64,000 nt of DNA. It comes from an uncultured Verrucomicrobiae bacterium (GTDB lineage: Bacteria > Verrucomicrobiota > Verrucomicrobiia > Chthoniobacterales > UBA10450). The stretch spans positions 864,001 through 928,000 of the forward strand of contig CAVTMK010000002.1 of the NCBI GenBank assembly GCA_963735805.1, in the 5' to 3' direction. How positions within the stretch are numbered: position 1 is the first letter of the stretch; the number at the start of each line of letters is the position of its first letter. The notes below the pieces were generated by a model, which saw only the letters and a list, made by a program, of their open reading frames with translations, was not told the origin of the DNA and ran no database searches. A program made the position numbers and the translations under genes. This document shows, piece after piece, positions 29,619-40,526 of this stretch.

Positions 29619-32069
29619 ATGAACGACTTCCGATACGCGTTCCGTCAGCTTGTAAAAGCTCCCGGCTTTACTGTTGTAGCGATTGCAACGCTCGCGCTGG
29701 CGATTGGCGCAACCACGGCTGTCCTCAGCCTGGTCAATGCGCTGTTGATTCGACCGCTTCCCTACAAGGCGCCGGAAAGCCTCGTTTTGTTGTGGGAACG
29801 ATTTCCGACGCAAGGGCTGGAGCGCATTCCAGTCTCCGCACCGGAATATCTCGACTACGAAAGGCAGGCGACGAGCTTCGAAAAGATCGGCGCGTTCAAT
29901 TACGCCGCTTACAATCTGACGACCGGTGACGTTCCGGAACGTGTGTCGGGCGCGGTCGTATCGCCGGCTTTGTTCTCATTGCTCGGCGTGGAGCCCATTA
30001 AGGGTCGCGTTTTCACTCAAGAAGAGGGCGCGCAAGGCCGCGACGATGTAGTTGTTATCAGCGCGCGATTGTGGGAGCGCCGCTTCAACTCCAATCCGAC
30101 CATCGTTGGCAACAAGATCTCATTGAACGGCCGGCCGCACACAGTGGTGGGAATCATGCCACGGAAATTCGATTTTCCGCTGCCCCTATTCAACGTGCAG
30201 GGATCGCGCTTCGCCAGTCGCGCCGATATTTGGAAGCCGACTGCTTTCACCAACGATGAATTGTCGGCGCGCTATTCGCGGAGTTATGGCGTAATCGGAC
30301 GGCTGCGCCAAGGGGTTTCCAGCGCCCAGGCTCAAGCTCAAATCGACACCATCACGGCAAACTTCAGGCAGACGAATCCCAAAAATTATCCTCCCGGACT
30401 TACCGAATTCGGCGCAAAGCTTTACCCGCTCCAGGATCAGGTCGTCGGCCCGATGCGGACGGGTCTTTGGATTCTGCTCGGCGCGGTGACGCTCGTTTTG
30501 CTGATCGCGTGCGCAAATCTCACCACCATGTTACTCGCGCGCGCCGCATCGAGGGAGCGAGAAATGGCAATTCGCGTCGCGCTGGGCGCGAGTTTGAAGC
30601 GCATGCTGCGACAATTGCTGACCGAAAGCGTGTTACTGTCGATCTTGGGTGGGATTGCCGGGGTGCTTCTCGCGATCTGGGCGATCGACTTGCTGCGGAT
30701 CATCGGCGCTCAAACCGTGCCGCGGCTTCGCGAGGTCAATCTCGATCTAAGCGTGCTCGCGATGACATTCGGGCTGGCGGTTGGAACCGGAATTCTTTTC
30801 GGCCTCGTGCCCGCGCTCGTCAGCGCGAAACCCGAATTGACCGAAGCATTGAAAGAGGGCGGACGGGGTTCGACTGGCGGCGCTCATCGCAACCGCCTGC
30901 GAAATGCTCTTATCGTTGCCGAAACCGTTCTGGCGCTTGTTTTGCTGATCGGCGCCGGCTCGCTGGTGAAAAGTTTTGTCCGACTGCAAAATGTTTCTCC
31001 CGGATTTAATCCGCACAATGTGTTGACCGCGGAGATTTCTTTGCCGGTCGAAAAATATCCGCGTGGTCTGTCGGTAATTAATTTTTACAGCGAAGCGGAG
31101 CGTCGGATCAAAAACATCCCGGGCGTCCAGCATGCCGCATTTACGGTGGTGTTGCCGCTAAGCGGATCGAATACGGACAGCTCATTCATCATTGAGGGCC
31201 AGGATCCAAAAATGACGGGCGCGTATCCCGACGAGGAGATTCGTGATGTCACTCCGGATTATTTTCGTGTGTTGGAGACACCGTTGTTGAAAGGGCGGTT
31301 TTTCACCGAGGCTGACACGGCCGATTCGCCACCGGTGGTGATCGTCAACCGAGCATTCGTGAAAAAGTATTTCCGCGACGGCGAAGCTCTCGGTAAACGC
31401 ATTTCACGGGACGACACAAATCCGAAATGGGCGACAATTGTCGGAGTTGTAGCCGACATCAAGCATCGCGGTCTGGATACCGACGCGCAGCCCGAGTACT
31501 ATTTGCCGCACGCGCAGGGACCCGATCGTGAGATGGTACTAGCGGTGCGCAGTGCGCAAGACGCGCGCACGCTGGCCCGCACCGTTCAGGAAGAATTGCG
31601 CAACGTTGATCCGGACATTCCGCTTTCCAACGTCCGCACTTTCGACGCTGTCGTGGCCGATTCGGTGGCGCCACGCCGCCTTTCGGTTGTCTTGCTCAGT
31701 GCATTTTCCGGAATCGCATTACTGCTCGCGTCTGTGGGCATGTATGGCGTGATTTCATTCCTGGTTGTTCAGCGCACCCATGAGATCGGCGTCCGAATGG
31801 CGCTTGGAGCACAACGTTCCGATGTGTTGAAAATGGTGATCGCGCATGCAGCGAAACTGTTGGGTATCGGCGCTGCTATCGGTTTGCCGGTCGCGTTCTT
31901 CAGCAACTCAGCGCTGCGGACGTTGCTTTATCAAGTGAGTCCGTTCGACCTCTCGATCTTCGTGGTCGTGACGTTGATCCTTGCCGGTGTCGCTTTGCTT
32001 GCCAGTTACATCCCGGCCCTTCGCGCGGCACGCGCCGATCCAGTAATCGCGTTAGACCATAATGCCTGA
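29619..32069 (+). CDS. ADOP/MacB-FtsX duplicated ABC permease 5
   Basis: LLIACANL, REMAIRVALGA, EIGVRMALGA; 816 aa. Confidence 0.92.
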   Translation: MNDFRYAFRQLVKAPGFTVVAIATLALAIGATTAVLSLVNALLIRPLPYKAPESLVLLWERFPTQGLERIPVSAPEYLDYERQATSFEKIGAFNYAAYNLTTGDVPERVSGAVVSPALFSLLGVEPIKGRVFTQEEGAQGRDDVVVISARLWERRFNSNPTIVGNKISLNGRPHTVVGIMPRKFDFPLPLFNVQGSRFASRADIWKPTAFTNDELSARYSRSYGVIGRLRQGVSSAQAQAQIDTITANFRQTNPKNYPPGLTEFGAKLYPLQDQVVGPMRTGLWILLGAVTLVLLIACANLTTMLLARAASREREMAIRVALGASLKRMLRQLLTESVLLSILGGIAGVLLAIWAIDLLRIIGAQTVPRLREVNLDLSVLAMTFGLAVGTGILFGLVPALVSAKPELTEALKEGGRGSTGGAHRNRLRNALIVAETVLALVLLIGAGSLVKSFVRLQNVSPGFNPHNVLTAEISLPVEKYPRGLSVINFYSEAERRIKNIPGVQHAAFTVVLPLSGSNTDSSFIIEGQDPKMTGAYPDEEIRDVTPDYFRVLETPLLKGRFFTEADTADSPPVVIVNRAFVKKYFRDGEALGKRISRDDTNPKWATIVGVVADIKHRGLDTDAQPEYYLPHAQGPDREMVLAVRSAQDARTLARTVQEELRNVDPDIPLSNVRTFDAVVADSVAPRRLSVVLLSAFSGIALLLASVGMYGVISFLVVQRTHEIGVRMALGAQRSDVLKMVIAHAAKLLGIGAAIGLPVAFFSNSALRTLLYQVSPFDLSIFVVVTLILAGVALLASYIPALRAARADPVIALDHNA

Positions 32070-32071
32070 TC

Positions 32072-34624
32072 ATGATTCGTGATTTCAAATTTGCATTCCG
32101 GCAGCTGTTGAAGGCGCCGGCATTTACGATTGCGGCCGCAATCGTGCTGGCGCTTGGCATCGGCGTGAACACCGCCGTATTCAGCTTGGTCAATACGGTT
32201 TTCTTTGCTCCACCGGGTTACATCAAGCCGCGCGAAATGGTGCAGCTATTTTCTCAGGACAAGAAGGATCCAAAAAAATTCCGCGGCTTCTCTTATCCTA
32301 CTTATCTCGACATTCGCGAGCAGAACACGGTGTTCAGGGACGTAATGAGTTTCAATCTCTCATTGGTTGGCATCGGCCAGAAAGGCGATACGCGTCGCGC
32401 GTTCAGTGCCATTGTGACCTCGAACTATTTTTCCGTTCTCGGCGTTCCACTGGTGCGAGGCCGTGCATTCTTGCCGGAAGAGGAAATTCCCGGCCACAAT
32501 GCGCAGGTTGCGATTGCCAGCTACAGTTACTGGCAGAAACACGGTCTCGATCCAAACGTGCTCGGCTCTCAAGTGTTCATTAACGGGCGCGCGTTCACGA
32601 TCGTCGGAATTACGCCGAAGGGTTTTGTAGGCACGATGCAAATCTTATCACCGGAAGTTTGGCTGCCGATGGGTGTTTACGATCAGGTCGCGCATGATTT
32701 TGCCTCGGGAAACAGCACTACCGTTGACGATCGCAAAGGAACGCAGTTGCGCATCATGGGACGGCTTAAAACCGGGCTAACCGCGGCCGGCGCCAAACCT
32801 GAACTTGCAGGGCTGGCCGCAAATTTGGAAAAAGCGTACCCGGTCGAGCAAAAGGACCAGACCTTTATGGCCGAACGAGTGTCGCGTAATACGGTCAGTA
32901 ACACGCCGGGGTCCGACAACAAAATAATCGCGATCGCGCCATTGTTGCTTGGCATGGCGGTGGTGGTGCTGTTGGTTGCGTGCCTTAACCTGGCAAACAT
33001 GCTGCTCGCGCGCAACGCCGCTCGACGCAAGGAGATCGCAATCCGTCTCGCGCTTGGTTGCAGCCGTTGGCACATTGTTCGCCAACTTCTCACTGAAGGT
33101 TTTGTGCTGGCGCTCCTCGGAGGTATGGGCGGACTCATTCTCGGACTGTGGTCGTCCGATCTGCTTGTCGGCTCAATGCGCAAGCTGATGCCGCTAGACA
33201 TTGTGTGGTTGACTGGACCGAATCCCGCAATCTTGGGGGCGACCTTTGGATTTTGTCTGCTCGGCACGCTCATGTTCGCGCTCGGGCCGGCCTTGAAATT
33301 TTCGCGTAGCGCAGTGGTGACCGATTTGAAGGAGCACGCCGGAGAGGATGTAGTGCGCCGAAGCTCGAAGTTTTTGCCGCGTCATCCACTGGTGGTCGTG
33401 CAAATCGCATTCTCACTCGCACTCATTACCGCTGCGGCCTTGTTTATTCGTGGTGCAGGTAAAGCCGCGTCCGTTGATACCGGATTAAGACCGGGCGCAA
33501 GCTACATTCTTGAAGTCGATGCGAGCCTAGCGGGTTACGAACCAAAGCGCTCTCAGGAGCTTTATCTCAACTTGAACGAGAGACTGGCGGCGCTCCCGGG
33601 CGTGGAGCGTGCGAGTATCTCTTCAGTCGTACCGTTCGGAATGTTTGAGTTAAGCAGGAAAGTCCAACGCGCGGGTGTCCATCCCGCTTCAGACGCGAAA
33701 CCGGCGACCGCGGCCGAAGGCCTTGCCTTCGAGGTGGCTTGGAACAGCGTCGGCGCGGATTATTTTTCAACTGTTGGATTGCCAGTGACTCGGGGTCGGG
33801 GTTTCACTGAAGCGGAGGCGACCGAGCCCGGTCCAAAGGTCGCGATAATTGACGAGATTCTGGCAAAGAAACTCTGGCCGGATGGTGATGCAGTTGGACA
33901 ACGCATCCAATATGCGGACCAAAAGGGTGGAACGAGCGCCGATTCGAATGGCGGAGAGAAAGAGAGCATGGAAATAGTCGGTATCGTTCCGGCGACGCGC
34001 CACGCGCTGTTTGAAACGGAGGAACCGGTCGGCGGGATTTACTTGCCGTTCGCGCGTGGATTTCAAAGCGACATTTCTTATTTCGTTCGGTTTCGTTCGC
34101 TCGCTCCGGGTAGCGAAGCCGCCGCAGCCAATTTGCTTCGACGCACCGTGCGTGATGTTGATCCTTCAATCCCGATTATTTCGTTGAAAACGTTCGCGCA
34201 GCATCTCGATTCGAACCTGGACCTCTGGCTCGTTCGCGCTGGCGCGGCGCTGTTCTCTATTTTTGGGGCGCTGGCGCTTGGGCTGGCGGTAGTGGGTCTC
34301 TACGGAGTCAAGGCTTACTCGGTCGCGCGCCGCACGCGCGAGATTGGCATTCGAATGGCGCTGGGTGCTCATGCCGGAGCGGTGTTGCGAATGATTATGT
34401 GGGAAGGCTCCATCATGTTGGTCAGTGGAGTTGCGATCGGCCTATTGCTTGCCATTGCGACCGCAAAAATCTTGAGCGGGATTTTGTACGGAGTGGGCGC
34501 GCTTGATCCGGTTGCATTCACCGTTGCTCCAGCAGTGCTCGCACTCGCTGCCCTAATTGCAACGTGGTTGCCCGCGCGGCGCGCAACTCAAGTAAATCCA
34601 ATCGATGCACTTCGAACCGAGTAA
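32072..34624 (+). CDS. ADOP/MacB-FtsX duplicated ABC permease 6
   Basis: LALGIGVNTAVFS, LLVACLNLANML, REIGIRMALGA; 850 aa. Confidence 0.92.
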   Translation: MIRDFKFAFRQLLKAPAFTIAAAIVLALGIGVNTAVFSLVNTVFFAPPGYIKPREMVQLFSQDKKDPKKFRGFSYPTYLDIREQNTVFRDVMSFNLSLVGIGQKGDTRRAFSAIVTSNYFSVLGVPLVRGRAFLPEEEIPGHNAQVAIASYSYWQKHGLDPNVLGSQVFINGRAFTIVGITPKGFVGTMQILSPEVWLPMGVYDQVAHDFASGNSTTVDDRKGTQLRIMGRLKTGLTAAGAKPELAGLAANLEKAYPVEQKDQTFMAERVSRNTVSNTPGSDNKIIAIAPLLLGMAVVVLLVACLNLANMLLARNAARRKEIAIRLALGCSRWHIVRQLLTEGFVLALLGGMGGLILGLWSSDLLVGSMRKLMPLDIVWLTGPNPAILGATFGFCLLGTLMFALGPALKFSRSAVVTDLKEHAGEDVVRRSSKFLPRHPLVVVQIAFSLALITAAALFIRGAGKAASVDTGLRPGASYILEVDASLAGYEPKRSQELYLNLNERLAALPGVERASISSVVPFGMFELSRKVQRAGVHPASDAKPATAAEGLAFEVAWNSVGADYFSTVGLPVTRGRGFTEAEATEPGPKVAIIDEILAKKLWPDGDAVGQRIQYADQKGGTSADSNGGEKESMEIVGIVPATRHALFETEEPVGGIYLPFARGFQSDISYFVRFRSLAPGSEAAAANLLRRTVRDVDPSIPIISLKTFAQHLDSNLDLWLVRAGAALFSIFGALALGLAVVGLYGVKAYSVARRTREIGIRMALGAHAGAVLRMIMWEGSIMLVSGVAIGLLLAIATAKILSGILYGVGALDPVAFTVAPAVLALAALIATWLPARRATQVNPIDALRTE

Positions 34625-34631
34625 CAACGCG

Positions 34632-34746
34632 ATGATTCAGGACATCAAGTTTGCGTTTCGGCAGCTCGTTAAAGCGCAAGGGGTTCACATTCGCAGCAGC
34701 GATGATTTTGGCGTTGGGAATCGGCCCGAACACTCGTTGTAAATAA
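34632..34746 (+). pseudogene. N-terminal remnant of a ninth permease
   Basis: Reads MIQDIKFAFRQLVKAQG/FTFAAAMILALGIGPNTRCK* with one extra G in the run at 34680-34683. Confidence 0.8.
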
Positions 34747-34747
34747 A

Positions 34748-35419
34748 ATGATGATCAGGCTCAAAAATCTGGAACGCTCGTACCCGTTGGCCAAGGAGAA
34801 GTTCTTTTACGTCTTGCGCGACATCAACCTGGAAGTCGAGCACGGCGACTTTGTCTCTGTGATGGGGCCTTCGGGTGCTGGCAAATCGACATTGCTGCAC
34901 ATTCTGGGAATGCACGACCACGGTTGGCGTGGCGAATATTTTTTGGGTGACGATGCGGTCCATCAGCTAAAGCCGAAGGAACGCGCCACGCTACGCAACG
35001 AACAGATCGGATTCGTGTTTCAACAGTATCACTTGCTCGACGACCTCACGGTGTACGAGAACCTCGATATCCCGCTCTCGTATCGCCATTACAAAAAGAG
35101 CGAACGCGCCGCGCTGGTCGCGGACATGCTCGATCGTTTCCAAATCGTCGGTAAAAAGGATTTGTACCCGAGTCAGCTTTCCGGCGGCCAACAGCAGTTG
35201 GTGGGCGTTGCGCGTGCGATCATCGCTGAACCGAAACTTCTGCTCGCGGATGAACCGACCGGCAACCTGCACTCCGGCCAGGGTGAGGAGATCATGAAGC
35301 TCTTCTGCAAACTGAATGAGCAAGGGATGACAATCGTGCAGGTCACGCATTCCGAGAAAAACGCTTCCTACGGCAAACGCGTCATTCAGTTACGTGACGG
35401 TTGGATCGTCAACACATAA
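34748..35419 (+). CDS. ABC transporter ATP-binding protein (MacB/LolD type) 2
   Basis: [37 protein letters not shown]. Confidence 0.95.
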   Translation: MMIRLKNLERSYPLAKEKFFYVLRDINLEVEHGDFVSVMGPSGAGKSTLLHILGMHDHGWRGEYFLGDDAVHQLKPKERATLRNEQIGFVFQQYHLLDDLTVYENLDIPLSYRHYKKSERAALVADMLDRFQIVGKKDLYPSQLSGGQQQLVGVARAIIAEPKLLLADEPTGNLHSGQGEEIMKLFCKLNEQGMTIVQVTHSEKNASYGKRVIQLRDGWIVNT

Positions 35420-35433
35420 CAAGGTAAATCCGT

Positions 35434-37941
35434 ATGATTCTGGATTCATTTCGACAAGATGTTCGGGTCGGGTTGCGTGTCTTGTTTAAAGACAAAACGT
35501 TTTGTTTCTTGGCGGTGCTTGTGCTCGGCCTCGGCATCGGGGGCGCAACCACTCAATTCACAGTGGTCAATGCGGTCGCACTGCGCGGATTGTCGTTTCC
35601 GCATCCGGAGCAGTTGGTGACCATTGGGCTGATCGATCCGAAAGCGACCGATCAAAACAACAACTTCGGGTTTGGCGTGATTCCGACAGCACAGGATTAC
35701 GAAGATTTGAAAGCGAGCCAGAAGTCTTGCTCGCTGATGGCCGGCTATCTCAGCGGATCGACAATAAACCTAACCTACAAGAACGATCCGCAACGTTACA
35801 ACGGTGGTTACGTCACCGAAGATTTTTTTAAGATCACTGGCGTGTCGCCAATTATGGGACGCGACTTCACCGCTGCGGACAACAAACCGGGCGCGGAAAA
35901 GGTCGTTATTCTCGGTTACGAAATTTGGAAACGTGATTTTAACGGCGATGCCCATGTCGTTGGGCAAAACGTTCGAGTTAATGGCAAAGCCGCCACGATC
36001 ATCGGTGTTATGCCCCCAAATTTTAAGTTCCCAAATTTCGAGGAACTCTGGACGCCGCTTTACAATCAATTTCCGCCGATACCTCGCGGCCAGCTCGTCA
36101 TCGGTCCAAACAACGCCGCGCCCTCAGTTATGGGTCGGCTTAAACCCGGCGTCACTCTCGATCAGGCGAGTGCGGAATTTATCAATCTTGCCAGGCACCT
36201 CGCGCAGGACAATCCAAAGACGAACCAAAATTTCACGTCGGCGACTGTACAGCCGTTAGCGAATTCGCTCATAGGTCTTCAATTTCGGCAGACGGTTTGG
36301 GCGATGTTGGCCGCGGTCATTCTCGTCTTACTGATCGCGTGTGTGAACGTGATGAACATGCAGTTTGGCCGGGCTGCATTGAGAGCAAAAGAACTGGCGA
36401 TTCGCGGCGCGTTAGGCGCTACACGTTGGCGACTCGTTAGGCAAATGTTGACCGAAAGCCTCGTGGTCGCGGTATTCGGAGCGGGCGCTGGAATTCTCCT
36501 GGCCTATTGGAGCGTCGATATGCTGACTCGCGCCATGGAGGCGCTACCGTCCGGATTGGGACTGCCCTACTGGATTCAATTTACAATTGATGGGCGGGTA
36601 CTCGCCTTCGTCGTCGGCATAACCTTGATTGCGACGATTGCTTCCGGTCTCGTTCCGGCACTCGTTAGTGCTCACAGCAACGCAGCCGAGATGATGAAAG
36701 AAGGCGGCCGCGGCAACAGTAGTCGGTTGGTCAATATGATCACGCGTCTTCTTGTGATCGGGCAAATCGCACTTACGGCAGCGCTGCTGATTGCGACAAC
36801 ACTTGAGATCAGGTCGATCAGAAATCAGCTTCAGCTCGACTACGGTTACGACGAGAACGCGATTTACAGCGCGCGGATGGCATTGTTGGAAGGCGCATAT
36901 ACCGAAGATGGCCGTCGCGAATTTTTCAATCGCGCCGTTCGTGAATTGCGCGCCAACCCAGAGTTTGATTCGGCGGCGTTAAGCGATCGCTTTCGGATGA
37001 CATTTGCCGCCAACGGACAGTATGAAGTCGACGGTCAAAATTATGTGACGGATCGCGACCGGCCACGCGGAAACTTCGAATCCGTGTCGGACAGTTATTT
37101 TTCTACCCTCGGTCTCAAGATCTTGGAAGGCCGCGATTTCACAATTGACGATGCCGACACAAAGCAACCGGTCGCCATCGTGAACGCGAGTTTTGCGCGA
37201 AGGCATTGGGGCCATCAAAGCGCGCTTGGACATCAGGTCAGAATTTTCAACCCCGGTGAGCCGCAACCGTGGCGAACGATCGTAGGCGTCGTTCCTGACA
37301 CTTTGATGCAAGGGCCATTCGATCAACAGACGGACATTGCCGGTTTTTACATGCCCCTTCTAGGCGCATCGCCGGCGACTCAGTTCTGCACTGTTCTGGT
37401 TCGGCCGCGTGCGGGGCTGCGCGCGGAAACTCTCGGTCCGGCACTGAGACGGGCGATTACGCGGCTTGATTCGGACGTTCCCATTTATTTTCCCGGCACA
37501 CCCGCTCGGTTGCATGACGAAAGTCTTTCCGGCAATCGCATCGTCGTTAGTCTCTTCGCAATTTTTGGTGCCGTCGCGTTTGTTCTGTCCGCGGTCGGTC
37601 TCTACGGCGTGATGAGTTTTTCTGTGAGCCAACGGACCCAGGAATTTGGAATTCGAATGGCTCTTGGAGCAGACGCACGGCGAATTTTCCGAATGGTTAT
37701 GACGCAGGGCGCGTGGCAGCTCGGGATCGGACTGGTACTCGGTGCCGGCGCTGCCGCTTTGTTGCTCGGAGTGCTGGTTGCGGCTGCCTTGCGAAATGTT
37801 CTCTTCAAAGTGAACCCGCTCGATCCGTCCATTTATTTTGCGGTTGCCGGTCTGCTGACAGCCGTTGCCGCAGTTTCCTGTTTTGTTCCGGCGCGCCGGG
37901 CCACGCGCGTGAATCCCGTGGAAGCGCTGCGCTACGAGTGA
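35434..37941 (+). CDS. ADOP/MacB-FtsX duplicated ABC permease 7
   Basis: LGLGIGGATTQF, LLIACVNVMNMQF, QEFGIRMALGA, NPVEALRYE. Confidence 0.92.
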   Translation: MILDSFRQDVRVGLRVLFKDKTFCFLAVLVLGLGIGGATTQFTVVNAVALRGLSFPHPEQLVTIGLIDPKATDQNNNFGFGVIPTAQDYEDLKASQKSCSLMAGYLSGSTINLTYKNDPQRYNGGYVTEDFFKITGVSPIMGRDFTAADNKPGAEKVVILGYEIWKRDFNGDAHVVGQNVRVNGKAATIIGVMPPNFKFPNFEELWTPLYNQFPPIPRGQLVIGPNNAAPSVMGRLKPGVTLDQASAEFINLARHLAQDNPKTNQNFTSATVQPLANSLIGLQFRQTVWAMLAAVILVLLIACVNVMNMQFGRAALRAKELAIRGALGATRWRLVRQMLTESLVVAVFGAGAGILLAYWSVDMLTRAMEALPSGLGLPYWIQFTIDGRVLAFVVGITLIATIASGLVPALVSAHSNAAEMMKEGGRGNSSRLVNMITRLLVIGQIALTAALLIATTLEIRSIRNQLQLDYGYDENAIYSARMALLEGAYTEDGRREFFNRAVRELRANPEFDSAALSDRFRMTFAANGQYEVDGQNYVTDRDRPRGNFESVSDSYFSTLGLKILEGRDFTIDDADTKQPVAIVNASFARRHWGHQSALGHQVRIFNPGEPQPWRTIVGVVPDTLMQGPFDQQTDIAGFYMPLLGASPATQFCTVLVRPRAGLRAETLGPALRRAITRLDSDVPIYFPGTPARLHDESLSGNRIVVSLFAIFGAVAFVLSAVGLYGVMSFSVSQRTQEFGIRMALGADARRIFRMVMTQGAWQLGIGLVLGAGAAALLLGVLVAAALRNVLFKVNPLDPSIYFAVAGLLTAVAAVSCFVPARRATRVNPVEALRYE

Positions 37942-37942
37942 T

Positions 37943-40390
37943 ATGAAAGATTTAAAGTTCGCTCTCCGCCAACTCGGCAAATCTCCGGGATTTACTTTCG
38001 TCGTGGTGCTGACGCTTGCGCTCGGGATTGGTGCCAACACTGCCGTGTTCAGCGTACTCAACGCAGTATTTTTGCGGCCATTGCCTTTCAATGAGCCACA
38101 AAACCTTGTCGCGATTGGCGAATACGACACCCGCGAAAAAGCTGATCCGGGAACGGATATCAGTTCGATCTCGTACCTCGACTACGTTGACTGGCTTAAT
38201 CAGAACAAGGTCTTCGAGCGAATCGCGGTTTATACCAACCAAGGCGTGAGCACGCTCACAGATGGAAACGGAGCGCTGCATGTTCAAGGCGAATCAGTAT
38301 CGGCCGATTTGTTTCCGTTGCTTGGGATTCAACCGGTTCTTGGCCGTATGTTTTTGCCTAACGAAGATTATCCAGGAAACCATGTGGTCATTTTGAGCCA
38401 TGCGTTGTGGCAACGCCGGTTTGGAGCGGATCGCAACGTTGTCGGCAAAACCGTTATGCTCGATGGTCAGCAGTTCGAGGTAATCGGGGTGATGCCCCCA
38501 CGGTTTACTTTTCCGATTGCTGCGGTTTCGGCGGAACTTTGGGTCTCGTTGTCGAGCCTGCGCGAATCGAAGGATGGCTCGCCGGCGATGACGGAGCAGC
38601 GGGACAACGATTTTTTCAAGTGCATCGCGCGATTGAAAACGAACGTCTCGATTCAACAAGCGCAGGCGAATATCGACGGCATTACAGCAAACTGGCGTCA
38701 ACAATATCCGGACTCAAAGCTGCACACCGGCGCGAAAGTCATTCCAGAGATCAACGCCATGATTGGTAGCACGCATTCCGCGTTACTAATGTTGTGTGCG
38801 ATGGCTGGTTGCGTGCTGCTCGTCGCTTGCGTCAACGTCGCGAACCTTTTGCTGGCGCGGTCGCTTTCTCGCAATCGCGAAATAGGGATCCGTGCCGCAC
38901 TCGGCGCCGGCCGCTGGCGTATTATTAAACAATTGCTTGCCGAAAGCACGTTACTCGGCCTGCTGGGTGGTGTCGCCGGATTGGTGATTGCAATCTGGGG
39001 CATTGATTCACTGAAAGCATTTCTGCCGAATGTTCCGCGCATTGACGAAATTTCACCGGACTTTCTGGTTCTTGTCGTTACAGCCATCGCCAGTCTTGGA
39101 GTTGGAATCATCTCCGGCTTGTTTCCAGCGTGGCGCGCATCGCGCTCGAATCTTGCGCTGTCGCTCAACGACGCTCCGCGCGGCGCAAGCGAAAGCGCGA
39201 GCGCTCATCGTGCGCGCTCTGCGCTTGTCGTGGTCGAGATCGTCCTTGCGTTGGTCCTGCTCGCCAGCGCGGGGTTGCTGGTCGAAAGTTTTATTCGTCT
39301 GCAAGGAGTTCCTGGCGGGTTCGATGTAACGAATGTGATGACGGCACGCGTGGCATTGCCCCAAACAAATTATGGCAAGCCGGAACAAGCGGCCGTTTTT
39401 TACAAAAAACTACTGGAACGGCTTTCGAGTGAGCCTGGAATGCAGTCAGTCGCGGCGGCGTGGTGGATTCCGCTTAGCGGCAGTGAAATCGGTTTCACTT
39501 TCAACTTCGACGCTCATCCAGTCCCGCAAAGTCAACAGCCAGTGGCACAATTTAATGCTGTGACAGCCGACTATTTCAAAGTGATGAGCGTTCCTTTGCG
39601 CCAAGGTCGCTGGTTCACCGAGCGGGACGACAAAAATGCACCCGCAGTGGCAATTGTAACGGAGGCTTTTGCGAAGCAGTTTTTTCCCGGCGAAGATCCG
39701 ATCGGCAAACGAATCGTTCCGGACGGCTCGGTCGAACCTGGGAAACCGCCTGTCCGGGAAATCGTGGGAGTGGTCGCCGATATGCACTTGATCAGTCTCA
39801 AGGTCCCGCCCAAGCCACAGATTTATGTTCCATATCCGCAATTCGCCATTCAATCGCTGTCGATTTTTATGCGGACGCAGGTTGACCCGGGTTCGGCGAC
39901 CACGGCTCTGCGTCATGCCGTGGACGAACTCGACAAAGAGGTACCAGTTTATCGACCGCGCTTGCTTGCCGACTACCGTTCACAGTCAATCGCAGAGCCG
40001 CGCTTAAACGCAACGCTGGTCGGTTTGTTCGCGCTCATCGCACTACTTCTTGCAGCGGCGGGAATTTTTGGAGTGATGAGCTACTCGGTCGCGCAGCGGA
40101 CACAGGAGATCGGAATTCGCCTGGCACTCGGCGCGCAACGTTACGACGTACTGCGTCTCATCATCGGCCAGGGTATGCGCTTTGTTGGCATCGGCGTGCT
40201 GGTTGGCTTAATCGGCGTGTTCGCCTGCTCTCGTCTCTTGCAAAGCCTTCTTTTCGGCGTCGGCACGACTGATCTGAGGACGATGTTCATCGCAACTGTG
40301 ACTTTGGCAGCAACCGCATTGTACGCCTGCTATCTCCCGGCGCGACGTGCCATGCGCGTTGACCCAATGGAGGCATTGCGCTCCGAGTGA
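37943..40390 (+). CDS. ADOP/MacB-FtsX duplicated ABC permease 8
   Basis: LALGIGANTAVFS, LLVACVNVANLL, DPMEALRSE. Confidence 0.92.
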   Translation: MKDLKFALRQLGKSPGFTFVVVLTLALGIGANTAVFSVLNAVFLRPLPFNEPQNLVAIGEYDTREKADPGTDISSISYLDYVDWLNQNKVFERIAVYTNQGVSTLTDGNGALHVQGESVSADLFPLLGIQPVLGRMFLPNEDYPGNHVVILSHALWQRRFGADRNVVGKTVMLDGQQFEVIGVMPPRFTFPIAAVSAELWVSLSSLRESKDGSPAMTEQRDNDFFKCIARLKTNVSIQQAQANIDGITANWRQQYPDSKLHTGAKVIPEINAMIGSTHSALLMLCAMAGCVLLVACVNVANLLLARSLSRNREIGIRAALGAGRWRIIKQLLAESTLLGLLGGVAGLVIAIWGIDSLKAFLPNVPRIDEISPDFLVLVVTAIASLGVGIISGLFPAWRASRSNLALSLNDAPRGASESASAHRARSALVVVEIVLALVLLASAGLLVESFIRLQGVPGGFDVTNVMTARVALPQTNYGKPEQAAVFYKKLLERLSSEPGMQSVAAAWWIPLSGSEIGFTFNFDAHPVPQSQQPVAQFNAVTADYFKVMSVPLRQGRWFTERDDKNAPAVAIVTEAFAKQFFPGEDPIGKRIVPDGSVEPGKPPVREIVGVVADMHLISLKVPPKPQIYVPYPQFAIQSLSIFMRTQVDPGSATTALRHAVDELDKEVPVYRPRLLADYRSQSIAEPRLNATLVGLFALIALLLAAAGIFGVMSYSVAQRTQEIGIRLALGAQRYDVLRLIIGQGMRFVGIGVLVGLIGVFACSRLLQSLLFGVGTTDLRTMFIATVTLAATALYACYLPARRAMRVDPMEALRSE

Positions 40391-40526
40391 TTCGCCAAAT
40401 GATTTTTGAATCCGAATTCGTCTCTGAATCCGTCTTTATCCCAAAGACGTTTGTGAACACACTTGTGTTGCTTGTGCCTTTGAACATCGCCGTTGTTGCG
40501 GTGTCTCCTATTCGTCGCCAAATACC

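Noticed and set aside
7598..39916. Numerous long antisense or alternate-frame ORFs over the RND and permease genes
   Set aside because: These are shadow ORFs expected from GC-rich codon usage opposite well-supported genes.
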